Of a stretch of DNA of 64,000 bases, positions 6,703 to 15,631 are shown in pieces. The stretch is from a virus, in the IMG/VR virus record IMGVR_UViG_3300009103_000004, positions 103,190 through 167,189 of that record. The stretch is one strand, 5' to 3'. The position numbers and the translations under genes were made by a program. Each line of letters opens with the position of its first letter. Position 1 is the first letter of the stretch. The notes under the pieces are model-generated. The model saw nothing but the letters and a program-made list of their open reading frames with translations. It was not told where the DNA came from and did no database searches.

Positions 6703-8975
6703 TTTCTTGGTACCAATGGGTTGTTTTCTAATTGTTCGTCTGTTTTAAATTGATCTAAAAAGGAATGTCTAGGATCTTTACCGAAGCCTACGTCCCGTGT
6801 TCCCGACTTAGCATTAGGGAGTCCGTGACTATCCTCTCCTGTAAAATCTACAGCACTGGGGCTGCCCATATTTCCTGGAGGTGTTTGGGTACCAGGCTGG
6901 CCCATAGCTCCCGGATCGCCTGGAGGTTTTGATCCTATGGACGGAGATTCTTTATCGCCTACAGGTATTACTACTGGTGTCAGTGCGGGATTACTAAGTA
7001 CCGCTTCCCAAGGAGCATCAGTCGTAGTTTGACCCTGATGTATCCTATCAGCAGCCTCTAAGTACGGTATCGACTGCTGCCCTAAATCTCTTGCACCAGT
7101 TGCGATAGACGATGCACCAGTTGATAGGCCAGAGGCTGCAGCAGTTGCCGCCTGATCCACTATATGTTCAGCGTCCTCTTCTTTAACTCCAAGATCAATA
7201 AGAGGAGCCTTTGCGTATTCTGTTCCCTTTTCCTTAGCCTGCGATTGTAAATCACCAGCTACAACACCGCCTGCGTTCCTTACTAGTTTAGCAACGGGAG
7301 TATTTGCAGCAGCGCGGTACTCAGCTAAGTTAGGTACATCAGAATTTAAGAACTCCTCGCTATTCAGCGTAGACATATAGTTTATTAAGTCCTCTCTCGA
7401 CTCATCTCCAAACTCAACACCTGTACCATCTGCGGCCTGGTTAAATAGTGTATTCATTCCTTGCCCCGCGACCACGGATACAGGGCCTCGTAAACTTTGT
7501 GTAAGTAGACCGGAACCTTCTGGTATTCTAGCCTCACCCAACATGGCATTAGTAGCTAAATTAAGTATCAAATCGGACTGTCGATTTACAGAATCTTCGT
7601 AAGGGCTAGTCTCACCCCATATTTGGTATGGATTAAGTTTACTATTTATCACCTGGTTTACGGCAGGCCAAGCATCTTTACGTATGGAACGCAACATTCG
7701 TTCTTTAGCATCATCACTCAGCGTAACGCCGTATTCAGCTTCAATACTAGCAGCAAATTCATCAACAATTTGTGATGGTACAGCATCTACAGCATTATAA
7801 CCTTGGTATGACAAAATTGGAGCCGAAGATGCTATTGTGGCTCTACCCAAAGGCGACTTCCAATATCCCACTCCGCCATAATGAAGGGGACTGAGAGCTG
7901 TGTTTACTCCACGCCGGAATAAAGTATCTTTCCTACCCAAATCAAACGGCCTAGTAGCTTTTGCTAGAGGATTATATTTCCAAACAGGTTTATTTGGTCT
8001 AACTAGATTAACTGCTGACTGAGTACCTGGACGTCTAATAATATCCAAAAACTTACCAACATCTTGTGTAAGAGCATCTGGCCTTGGTGCACCACCCGGC
8101 CTCGTAGCTGGCTTGCCCGGAACATTAGTTAATAGCTTTTCCTCTAATTTTTTAACTAAAAATGGGTGTACTGGCTTAGGTCCTCGATATCTGGACGGAT
8201 TAGTAGCAGAACCTGGTCGGAAAACTTGTCTATTACCCGGGGTTTGTCTTGGGGTTGGGCGTACACCTTTATTATTAGGGAGTGACCGCAGGCCAGTTAG
8301 AGGCGTTGGCTTGGGCTTAACCCTAGGTCTAATTTTTGGTACAGCAGATTTTACAAGTGAGGCACTCTTTTCCTTTTTCTTCTTTTTATTCCTATCTTTA
8401 TAGTTGTTGTAAGCCATGTGGGCCACGCCTGTAACTAAACCCGTACCAGCTGCACCTGCAGTCCAAGCCCAAGGATTGTTGGCTCTCCAAAAAGGAAGTT
8501 GTAACGTCCTATCCTTACGGAGAGCACTATCTGGAGTAAAATCAATAGGAGCTGCAGCGTCAGTATCCTGTATTACAGGCTTGGGAGGAGTAGCCTTGTT
8601 CCAGGTTCTACTAATATCAACTGCTTCATTATTAGCGTGCCTTGCAATTCGTTTTTTAAGCTCATGATGTTCACGCGCTATAGGATTCGAATTATCCCCA
8701 CGTAACCAAGGTGGTATCGTTTTTGGAAGAGATTTACTTCCCGTTGAAGATATTTGATCCCTAAGTGCAATATGTTCCCTACGATCTTGTAACGGTAATT
8801 TTCTCCATTCAGGAGTTCCTATTTGCTGTATTTTATCTAAAAAGCTAGAACCACCAAACTCAGGTGCAGCAAACCCCCCAGAGGATATGCTCTGTCTGGC
8901 TTTTTCAACAGCGTCCGGACTCATGTCTATCCCGCATTTGACCAAGCCCAGTTGTAGTTCTCTATTCACAAACAA
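6699..8975 (-). CDS. large low-complexity protein with internal KSA motifs (putative virion polyprotein)
   Basis: 758-aa ORF; internal EKSASLVKSA-VPKIRPRVKPKP matches the post-tag segment of neighbouring genes. Confidence 0.7.
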   Translation of the reverse strand: MFVNRELQLGLVKCGIDMSPDAVEKARQSISSGGFAAPEFGGSSFLDKIQQIGTPEWRKLPLQDRREHIALRDQISSTGSKSLPKTIPPWLRGDNSNPIAREHHELKKRIARHANNEAVDISRTWNKATPPKPVIQDTDAAAPIDFTPDSALRKDRTLQLPFWRANNPWAWTAGAAGTGLVTGVAHMAYNNYKDRNKKKKKEKSASLVKSAVPKIRPRVKPKPTPLTGLRSLPNNKGVRPTPRQTPGNRQVFRPGSATNPSRYRGPKPVHPFLVKKLEEKLLTNVPGKPATRPGGAPRPDALTQDVGKFLDIIRRPGTQSAVNLVRPNKPVWKYNPLAKATRPFDLGRKDTLFRRGVNTALSPLHYGGVGYWKSPLGRATIASSAPILSYQGYNAVDAVPSQIVDEFAASIEAEYGVTLSDDAKERMLRSIRKDAWPAVNQVINSKLNPYQIWGETSPYEDSVNRQSDLILNLATNAMLGEARIPEGSGLLTQSLRGPVSVVAGQGMNTLFNQAADGTGVEFGDESREDLINYMSTLNSEEFLNSDVPNLAEYRAAANTPVAKLVRNAGGVVAGDLQSQAKEKGTEYAKAPLIDLGVKEEDAEHIVDQAATAAASGLSTGASSIATGARDLGQQSIPYLEAADRIHQGQTTTDAPWEAVLSNPALTPVVIPVGDKESPSIGSKPPGDPGAMGQPGTQTPPGNMGSPSAVDFTGEDSHGLPNAKSGTRDVGFGKDPRHSFLDQFKTDEQLENNPLVPRK

Positions 8976-9023
8976 GGATGTTAGATAACTTACATAAAAA
9001 GGTCAAAGCATAACTAATAGGTA

Positions 9024-9058
9024 AAAAAAGGTCGTACTCGTTAAAATACGACCTTTTT
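9024..9058. terminator. intrinsic terminator, bidirectional type
   Basis: aaaaaaggtcgta...tacgaccttttt stem flanked by A and T tracts, 3' of gene 9075..10253. Confidence 0.7.
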
Positions 9059-9074
9059 AGTTTCAAGTTGTGTG

Positions 9075-10253
9075 TTAGTCCTTTTCAAGGCCAAGACACG
9101 ACTTTCTGCTATTTAGATCCGCCTCAGAGATTAGCTGACTTTGGCGGTTCTCTATCTCAGTCTCCCGAAGTCGGGCCACTTGCTCGGGGCTGAGGCCAGG
9201 CTTCTCTGCCCCTTCGGGCATCTTTTCAAGGCAAGTCCTGAAATTCAACTCGTTGTTGATCTGACCTAACATATGTCTTAGGTCGCGACTCGAGTTGAAA
9301 GCCACAGAATGTGGCCGGATGTAAGCAGCCTCTTGGTCCACGTTTTTAATCATGGACTCGTGTCGGTTATTAGCGAACTTCATATCGTTATAACCGATAA
9401 CGGCAGAGATCTTGGGCATATCCAGCTCCTCAGCGAGAGGTTTCCACTTCTTCTCAGGGTCCGAGGGTCTTACCTGCCGAAGCTTGGTTGCCCAATGCTT
9501 GGTGTTCCTGACCAAGAAATGTGGAAACCACATCTCCAACGAGTCTTTCCCATTGTAGCAGCATGCCCCGCTACCCATGATATTGGTTGTGTACTTCTTT
9601 ATAAGATCCGTAATAAAGAACCGAAGTTCGGAATATTCCGGATACTTTTCGAGGTTGCCCTCAAGAAGCTTCCACACAGGACCCTTGGACTGCTTAAGAT
9701 ATGCAAGCCTCTTCCTGATGCTCATTTCAGGAAACTTCTTAAAGAAGTTCACGAGCCTGCTCGGATAATCCTGGAGACTTTCCTTCCTGAGCGACTTCCG
9801 TCTCCGGATGTGAGAGCGTCCCGCATAGTCCTTGTAATCCGGCTCGCTGGCTTGCAGTAGCTCAGACAGCCTATGAGCATCTCTTCCCTTTGCACGGAAG
9901 AACACCTCCAAAGGCGAATCAAGAACTGACTCGACAGTTGGCCACTCAAATGAGTCAGAGTGGGTGGCTTTCCCGTACTTGCAGAGCTTGCCATCCACGT
10001 CGACCGGCAAGGTCTTGAGATCATTGAGGTAGTTGTGGTAACCATCCTCAAAGCCGAAACGACCGAGATCGATGAATCCTTTGTCGTCTTGCTTCCCAAT
10101 GAGGGTGGGACGAGGTCCCACCTTCGCACGAAGTGATCCATCGAGAACAATCCAGTGCTGCGACGTGAACACGAACTCACACGCCGCTAGCTTGTAGTAA
10201 GCAAAGCGCATGTCAAAGCACGTTGCTGATGTTGATATTAATAATTTTTTCAT
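9075..10253 (-). CDS. hypothetical protein
   Basis: 392-aa ORF with its own promoter motif (10302-10312) and terminator. Confidence 0.7.
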   Translation of the reverse strand: MKKLLISTSATCFDMRFAYYKLAACEFVFTSQHWIVLDGSLRAKVGPRPTLIGKQDDKGFIDLGRFGFEDGYHNYLNDLKTLPVDVDGKLCKYGKATHSDSFEWPTVESVLDSPLEVFFRAKGRDAHRLSELLQASEPDYKDYAGRSHIRRRKSLRKESLQDYPSRLVNFFKKFPEMSIRKRLAYLKQSKGPVWKLLEGNLEKYPEYSELRFFITDLIKKYTTNIMGSGACCYNGKDSLEMWFPHFLVRNTKHWATKLRQVRPSDPEKKWKPLAEELDMPKISAVIGYNDMKFANNRHESMIKNVDQEAAYIRPHSVAFNSSRDLRHMLGQINNELNFRTCLEKMPEGAEKPGLSPEQVARLRETEIENRQSQLISEADLNSRKSCLGLEKD

Positions 10254-10320
10254 AGTTTTTTTATTCTTTGTTTATAGTTAAATAAATATCGTTACCATTA
10301 GTATATAACACATGACAGGT

Positions 10321-10349
10321 AAAAAAACCCCCTAACTAGAGGGGGTTTT
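10321..10349 (-). terminator. intrinsic terminator
   Basis: aaaaaaaccccct-aact-agagggggtttt directly after gene 10371..11309. Confidence 0.7.
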
Positions 10350-10370
10350 AGTGGCTCACCGTTATACGGT

Positions 10371-11309
10371 TTACCAGAAGGGCCTAATCGCCTTCAAGGC
10401 TATACAGGCGTCACGTTCCGTTTCGGAACTAACCGTAGATTGTAGTGCGGATAATGCCCGCACTGCATTTTTCAAGGCAGTGCTGTATTCGGCATTGTGC
10501 CCGGATCTGGCGGACACCTCGGTGATGTAACTCAGAAGCTTCTTCAACTCCCATCGCGGGTCCTTAGACCAAGGACTGGTGTCACCCCGAGCACGCCTTG
10601 CCTGCATATGGTGCCGCAAGCCGTTTAGTTTCTGGTATGGATTGTACTCAATGACTCGCCGTCCGTCAGGCAGAGTTACGACCTCATCCTCAGGGACAAT
10701 GGGGCCTAACTCTTTCTTGTCGAATATTCCGGCAATGCGGTCGGCCTCGGCCTTTGCTGCGGCCAGAATCTCTGGAGCTGGGGGTTCAGGTTGGGATTCA
10801 CCCAGGAACTCCCACATCGCGTACTTCTTTAGAACCTCGTACTTGCCTTCGACGGAATCATAACCCTCATCATCATAGGAGATGCGGAGGGCCCGGTCGA
10901 CCTCTTGGACCCCGTTGCCAGGGTACAATCCACCGAGATGTGCGGCTTGGTCCTCGATTCTACGATAGTACCCCACGGCCTCTTTCAAGGATGTGAAATA
11001 TCTCGTCCAATCGTATGCAGAGCCCTTATCGTAGTTAGAGCACTCCGAGATGAGGAAGTGACCCTCCCTATCTTCGACGTTCGCTCCGTCGTACAGATCG
11101 GAGATAGAAGTCTCGACCTTCTCATTGCACGGGCGGCACAGAGCACAGGTTTCAAAACCGTACGAATCGGTCTCACCCTGAACTATAACCTCAGCAGGTT
11201 TTCCGCAGTCCTCGCATGTATCAGGTCCGACTTTGAAGGATAAACCACCGCCGTAACGAATGGTCTGCCCGTCATCCTTCCCAATGATTGCTAATATTTT
11301 ATTTCTCAT
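10371..11309 (-). CDS. hypothetical protein with N-terminal CxxC...CxxC motif
   Basis: CEDC ... CRPC in 312-aa ORF. Confidence 0.7.
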   Translation of the reverse strand: MRNKILAIIGKDDGQTIRYGGGLSFKVGPDTCEDCGKPAEVIVQGETDSYGFETCALCRPCNEKVETSISDLYDGANVEDREGHFLISECSNYDKGSAYDWTRYFTSLKEAVGYYRRIEDQAAHLGGLYPGNGVQEVDRALRISYDDEGYDSVEGKYEVLKKYAMWEFLGESQPEPPAPEILAAAKAEADRIAGIFDKKELGPIVPEDEVVTLPDGRRVIEYNPYQKLNGLRHHMQARRARGDTSPWSKDPRWELKKLLSYITEVSARSGHNAEYSTALKNAVRALSALQSTVSSETERDACIALKAIRPFW

Positions 11310-11627
11310 AATTTATCTTTGTTGTTTGTTGTATTGTTGTGATTAAATAAAATGACTCCATTATTATATAACCCGTAACAGACAACTATTTCACTAACTA
11401 GACATAGGTATAAATATGAAAAACATATTAGTAAAAACTTTGACAATGTACTCACGAGCCAGGGAACGCATAATGTCCAAGACATATTGGAAGAACTCAC
11501 TAGCCTTCTTAAGGCTTCCCGAACTGAAGTTCCTCAAGACCTTCGGCTTTATAATGAGTATCATGTTTTAACAATATGTAAAAAAGACCGAGTGAACGGT
11601 CTTTTCGACCCGAAGGTCTTTTGGCTT

Positions 11628-11852
11628 TCACCGGAGAGGATGGGTACGTTCCAGCTCTCTGTTAGCATCCGCTTCAGCTTTGTCTATGACGTGCATCCAC
11701 ATGTCTTCAGTGATATACCATGGTTTTGTGCCGCCTTCAGTGTGAGCAACCTTCCAGGCTCTATCCCACAGCATGGGCCAGCCTAGTCCATCGTAAACGG
11801 TCTCAAAGCTTTCAGAGATCCAGAACCAAATAAGTGTAAGTAATTTTTTCAT
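11628..11852 (-). CDS. small Trp-rich hypothetical protein
   Basis: ORF with leader pseudoknot motif, promoter variant upstream and hairpin downstream. Confidence 0.6.
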   Translation of the reverse strand: MKKLLTLIWFWISESFETVYDGLGWPMLWDRAWKVAHTEGGTKPWYITEDMWMHVIDKAEADANRELERTHPLR

Positions 11853-11873
11853 AATTGTTGTTGTTTTAGGTTA

Positions 11874-11904
11874 AATTAAGCAGTTTTATGACATGCCGGT
11901 CATA
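11874..11904 (-). promoter_or_regulatory. 5' leader H-type pseudoknot motif, copy 1
   Basis: TATGAC C GGCA T GTCATA AAAC TGCT TAATT; near-identical copy at 13323-13353. Confidence 0.55.
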
Positions 11905-12066
11905 TATTAGTAACACAAAACAGGGGTAAATTGCATGTTTTAACAGGGCAAAATTGCAGGGCATATCATGCATAATGATCAATAGAAAGCCGGGCTATTG
12001 ATCAAAAGTCGTTAACTCTCTTCGATGCATGATATGACAGGCGCATGCAACAGCTAAAAAAACCCC

Positions 12067-12252
12067 CTATTTGGAGGGGGTTTTTACTTCCACTTTAGGG
12101 AAGATTTTTACCATACCGGTCCCCTTGCAGGGGTGGCACCAGCCCTGGTAATTTGTCCATCGGGCGAACTTATCTCCGCCACCTTTACCTTTACAGGTAG
12201 GACAAACTTTAAGACTGTACCCTCCAGATTTATCCAAGATCATTCTAGGCAT
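12067..12252 (-). CDS. small DnaJ-type zinc-finger protein
   Basis: CPTCKGKG and CHPCKGTG (CxxCxGxG) motifs. Confidence 0.65.
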   Translation of the reverse strand: MPRMILDKSGGYSLKVCPTCKGKGGGDKFARWTNYQGWCHPCKGTGMVKIFPKVEVKTPSK

Positions 12253-12427
12253 CGCTTACACCCTTTCCTTTATGTTCAGACATTCTTTTCTCCACGTATT
12301 GATTCACTGACATCGGATAAGGATGCCTTTTATCAAAACGAGGATTAAGACGGCAGAGCCGGGAATACTCTTGTATATAATACTTCCGAAGTTCTGCTTC
12401 TGAGAGTCCTATCAATACTGCACTCAT
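12245..12427 (-). CDS. hypothetical protein (probable start MSAVLIG)
   Basis: Part of ORF 12245..12472; internal ATG follows GGAGGG. Confidence 0.5.
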   Translation of the reverse strand: MSAVLIGLSEAELRKYYIQEYSRLCRLNPRFDKRHPYPMSVNQYVEKRMSEHKGKGVSDA

Positions 12428-12428
12428 C

Positions 12429-12845
12429 TTATTCCCTCCCCAAGAGTTTCCGATCCGCGACCTCAAGGTCATGAGCTACCTCCAGCAAACGATCCACAAT
12501 GTTCGTTTGAATGTACTGAGACTCTAACTCCTCATGGTACCTTACATCATCCTTAATGTTGTCAACGATCTTACGCAATGCAGCAGCTTTTTTGGCCAGA
12601 ACGCCATCTCTAATAAGAAGATCTTCTATTGAGATGACAACCTTACCGTCCGCTTCCTGCTGCTTCTTCCTGAAATGCGCACCTATGCCCAGTCCCAACT
12701 CAGTTAACTTGGGCTCAGGCTTGGGAGCTATCTTTTCCCGAATAGCACGGATGTCGGGAGCAATAGATGATAGGATCGCAAGATCCTTACTTATTGCAAT
12801 AAGTGTATCCCATATAGCGCTTAAGTAATTTAATATTCTTTTCAT
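12429..12845 (-). CDS. hypothetical protein
   Basis: ORF with AACAAAGGA leader and promoter motif 12897-12907. Confidence 0.65.
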   Translation of the reverse strand: MKRILNYLSAIWDTLIAISKDLAILSSIAPDIRAIREKIAPKPEPKLTELGLGIGAHFRKKQQEADGKVVISIEDLLIRDGVLAKKAAALRKIVDNIKDDVRYHEELESQYIQTNIVDRLLEVAHDLEVADRKLLGRE

Positions 12846-12930
12846 AGTTTTTTTATCCTTTGTTTAGTTTATTAAAAAATTGTTGTTCCTCAAAAGTATA
12901 TAACACGTAACACGTAAAAAAACCCCATTG

Positions 12931-13308
12931 TTAAGAGGGGGTTTTCTTGGCTTCAGTTACTACCCGAAGCCGGTCGGTCCTATCTGGATCGTTGAAGTCT
13001 CGGCCCTCTTTCCAGAGGAACCCACCATACTTCTCTTCCCATTCAGGAATGTCAATAAGCAGGTAGTTTATGCCGAGTATTCTTTCGGACCCATATACAG
13101 GACCAGTTAGTTCCTTCGCCCGGGACTTGTAGCAGCTCGGTTGAAGAATCCAGACTTGGCGATCAGTATGCCGGAGATCAGACAACCTATCTATTTTAGG
13201 AGTCTTGATCACCTTGTGGTAACCGCCGTCGTATACCTTTCGCCAACCTGCATCCACAAGGGAAGCAAGCATAACGAAGGCCAGTAGTGTTGTTATATAT
13301 TTTTTCAT
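12931..13308 (-). CDS. putative secreted protein
   Basis: MKKYITTLLAFVMLASLVDA signal-peptide-like N-terminus. Confidence 0.65.
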   Translation of the reverse strand: MKKYITTLLAFVMLASLVDAGWRKVYDGGYHKVIKTPKIDRLSDLRHTDRQVWILQPSCYKSRAKELTGPVYGSERILGINYLLIDIPEWEEKYGGFLWKEGRDFNDPDRTDRLRVVTEAKKTPS

Positions 13309-13322
13309 ATGTTGTTTGGGTT

Positions 13323-13353
13323 AATTAAGCAGTTTTATGACATGCTGGTCATA
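13323..13353 (-). promoter_or_regulatory. 5' leader H-type pseudoknot motif, copy 2
   Basis: TATGAC C AGCA T GTCATA AAAC TGCT TAATT, directly downstream of promoter variant 13356-13366. Confidence 0.55.
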
Positions 13354-13370
13354 AGTACATAACGCAAATA

Positions 13371-13540
13371 TATCATATATTGCATTGTTTATGATATAAT
13401 TGATATATCAAATGTATCATTATCTATATCATAATGTATCACAAACATATCACAACAATGGCCATTATATATCATACTATCACTTGTGTATCATTTATGT
13501 ATCAGAACTATGACATAGTGTGATATATCATTTTATATCA
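13371..13540. repeat. AT-rich array of 12 TATCA pentamers in near-helical phase
   Basis: TATCA at 13371, 13406, 13415, 13427, 13437, 13448, 13470, 13478, 13489, 13500, 13526, 13536; inverted TGATA at 13392, 13401, 13521. Confidence 0.8.
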
Positions 13541-13624
13541 TAACTGACATGTAAAAAAAGGAGGGTACAGGCCGAAGCCCATACCCTCCAATGGGTGTGG
13601 TTGTCTTCTCCATAGACAAATTAC

Positions 13625-14008
13625 TTACGTGACATGATATCCTGACCCCCCACAGGTGGAGCACGTAACTGGATATAAACTCCAGTTTCCAGCATTGTTG
13701 TATTTGTATGTTCTACTGGCTATAAAGCCACCATACGTGAATGCTCTGTTGTCTACCTCGAACTCCTCATCATGTCCATCTGGATCTAACAATCCAACAC
13801 CGTTACATATATAACATACGTCGAAGCCACGATTAGAGTTACAAAACTCTTTTTCGTGTGTAGTATCAAACGATCCATCTATGCTGGCTAACCAGCAATC
13901 ATGTAGATCGACATCATACATGTTATAAGCAGTGTCCAGGACTTCACGGTACTTTAACATGTCTACCCATCTCCGTACTTCACCGACAGTCGCTATATCT
14001 TTAGTCAT
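13625..14008 (-). CDS. DnaJ-type zinc-finger-containing protein
   Basis: CYICNGVG and CSTCGGSG motifs; AGGAG upstream. Confidence 0.65.
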   Translation of the reverse strand: MTKDIATVGEVRRWVDMLKYREVLDTAYNMYDVDLHDCWLASIDGSFDTTHEKEFCNSNRGFDVCYICNGVGLLDPDGHDEEFEVDNRAFTYGGFIASRTYKYNNAGNWSLYPVTCSTCGGSGYHVT

Positions 14009-14189
14009 GACTCTCCTAGCTCACTCAGTATAGAGAGGAGGTTGCGATAAGATCTCGGCAAGCTTCTTTTCTATGAATCATCTTCATGACGACACCTTCA
14101 CTTTCCTATGAGCTTTCCACTCATGCTTTGGGCAGTATGTCCATCCTCCTTGCTTCACCGACTCCGCTGCCTCGGAATCGGAAACACGT

Positions 14190-14402
14190 TTAATCTCTTT
14201 TTTCTTTTTTATACACTTCATTGGATTGTTCCTCCATGTTTTGGTTATTAGGTATTTCATATACCTTATTATATAATTCCTCTGGTACATCGCCAATAAG
14301 CAATGGTTCAATCTCATAGGTTAATACCAAGTGAGACTTACCACTTATTGCACGTATAGGCTCATTCAAACCCGTACCAGGATGATTTCTATTTTTGTTC
14401 AT
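14190..14402 (-). CDS. hypothetical protein
   Basis: ORF coupled by ATGA overlap. Confidence 0.5.
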   Translation of the reverse strand: MNKNRNHPGTGLNEPIRAISGKSHLVLTYEIEPLLIGDVPEELYNKVYEIPNNQNMEEQSNEVYKKEKRD

Positions 14403-14818
14403 ATTGCGTCACACTCGCCTAGCATCAGATTGAAGTGACGTTTTGCGGGCTGGTCTATAATGTCACCGTCTGGATGTTCGATCCGTACAGGCCAATCACC
14501 AGGCTGGCATTCAATTTCGGAATTTTTAATTGTTCCAAATTCTTTTACATAGCTGGGACCGGGATCAAAATCGGTGCGTACAAATAACTTCCAACCATCA
14601 AAACGGTTAGAAATCGATGTAGTAAATTTCAATATGTTTGAATATGGAGTATCTTTTGAATACGTTACCGAGCCCCCGCAGGGTGCATCGGGGTGGATAT
14701 GGAAACGTACGGTAAAGTTACTGTGCGGTGCCAGAAACGATGCCGTTATTGCCTTGCGCATCGCACTTTGCCTCTGCAGAGATGAGTGGAATTTATTAAT
14801 CTCTTTCTCATGATTCAT
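14399..14818 (-). CDS. hypothetical protein
   Basis: ORF with AACCAAGGA leader. Confidence 0.65.
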   Translation of the reverse strand: MNHEKEINKFHSSLQRQSAMRKAITASFLAPHSNFTVRFHIHPDAPCGGSVTYSKDTPYSNILKFTTSISNRFDGWKLFVRTDFDPGPSYVKEFGTIKNSEIECQPGDWPVRIEHPDGDIIDQPAKRHFNLMLGECDAI

Positions 14819-14999
14819 TTACTATTATCCTTGGTTTATTATTTATATAAAAGGCGGGGGACCCTGACCCCCTGACTGTAACTGACGTTAGTTCATTACG
14901 TGCCTCTGGTTTATGGTTTTGGCTTTCTGAATTAACTGTATGCTCTGGCACCATCGGTGTTTCAGAGACAGCCTACAGCCTAGCCGGGATTTAAATTGA

Positions 15000-15295
15000 C
15001 CCCCTATATTGACTAATTGCGTCCGGTTCATTTGTGTCACCTATACGTAGTTATGGGCTGTGTACTCACGTGGGTACACCACATAACTTTCCTTCGGACG
15101 GTCATTACTCGCTTGTCCTTGTAAAAACCTTCAAGACAATACCGTGGGTACTGCTTCTGCTTGTTGGTAGCTACGTTGTCCGTAGAGTAAAACTTATAAT
15201 GAGTCATGAACACATTAATAAGCGACGATCCATGGTGTATGACGCATAAGATCTCTAAGCGACCGACAGTCGCATAGTAGTGTCAATCTAGGGGG
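15000..15295 (-). ncRNA. putative multi-stem structured ncRNA (~300 nt)
   Basis: Closing stem CCCCCTATATTGAC (15000-15013) / GTCAATCTAGGGGG (15282-15295) encloses at least five internal helices; no credible ORF; strand inferred from context. Confidence 0.55.
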
Positions 15296-15631
15296 GCTGT
15301 ATACTGTGGGTATAGATGTTACGTAATGTCTCGCGAACTATAAGTTAACATCCGACCAAATAGAATCGAGTGGTAGCTGCTATCCACTCATGGATTCTTT
15401 ATCACATTAGCTTTACGTTTCTGTGATATCAGGAATTAGTTTTGTGTTAGGAGTGAAGCCCTAAAAAAGGCGTACTCTCCCCCAACCCCAGTTATGCGGA
15501 TTCTCTTGCCGCATTAATATCACTGTTCGGGTACATTGTTTTGTATGGCTAACCAGCCCTAATGTCCGCAATAGCTTCTTAGGCTTAGATGAAGTATACA
15601 GAGAAATATTCCTTTCGTTTGTTATTATTAA

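Noticed and set aside
2693-8667. Plus-strand ORFs antisense to the tag-family genes, and similar shadow ORFs across the window
   Set aside because: They mirror Pro/Lys-rich minus-strand genes and have no independent start signals or motifs.
15010-15100. RNase P RNA (GAAGGAAAGT resembles GAGGAAAGUC)
   Set aside because: Motif lies too close to the 3' end and no complementary P4 partner strand could be found.
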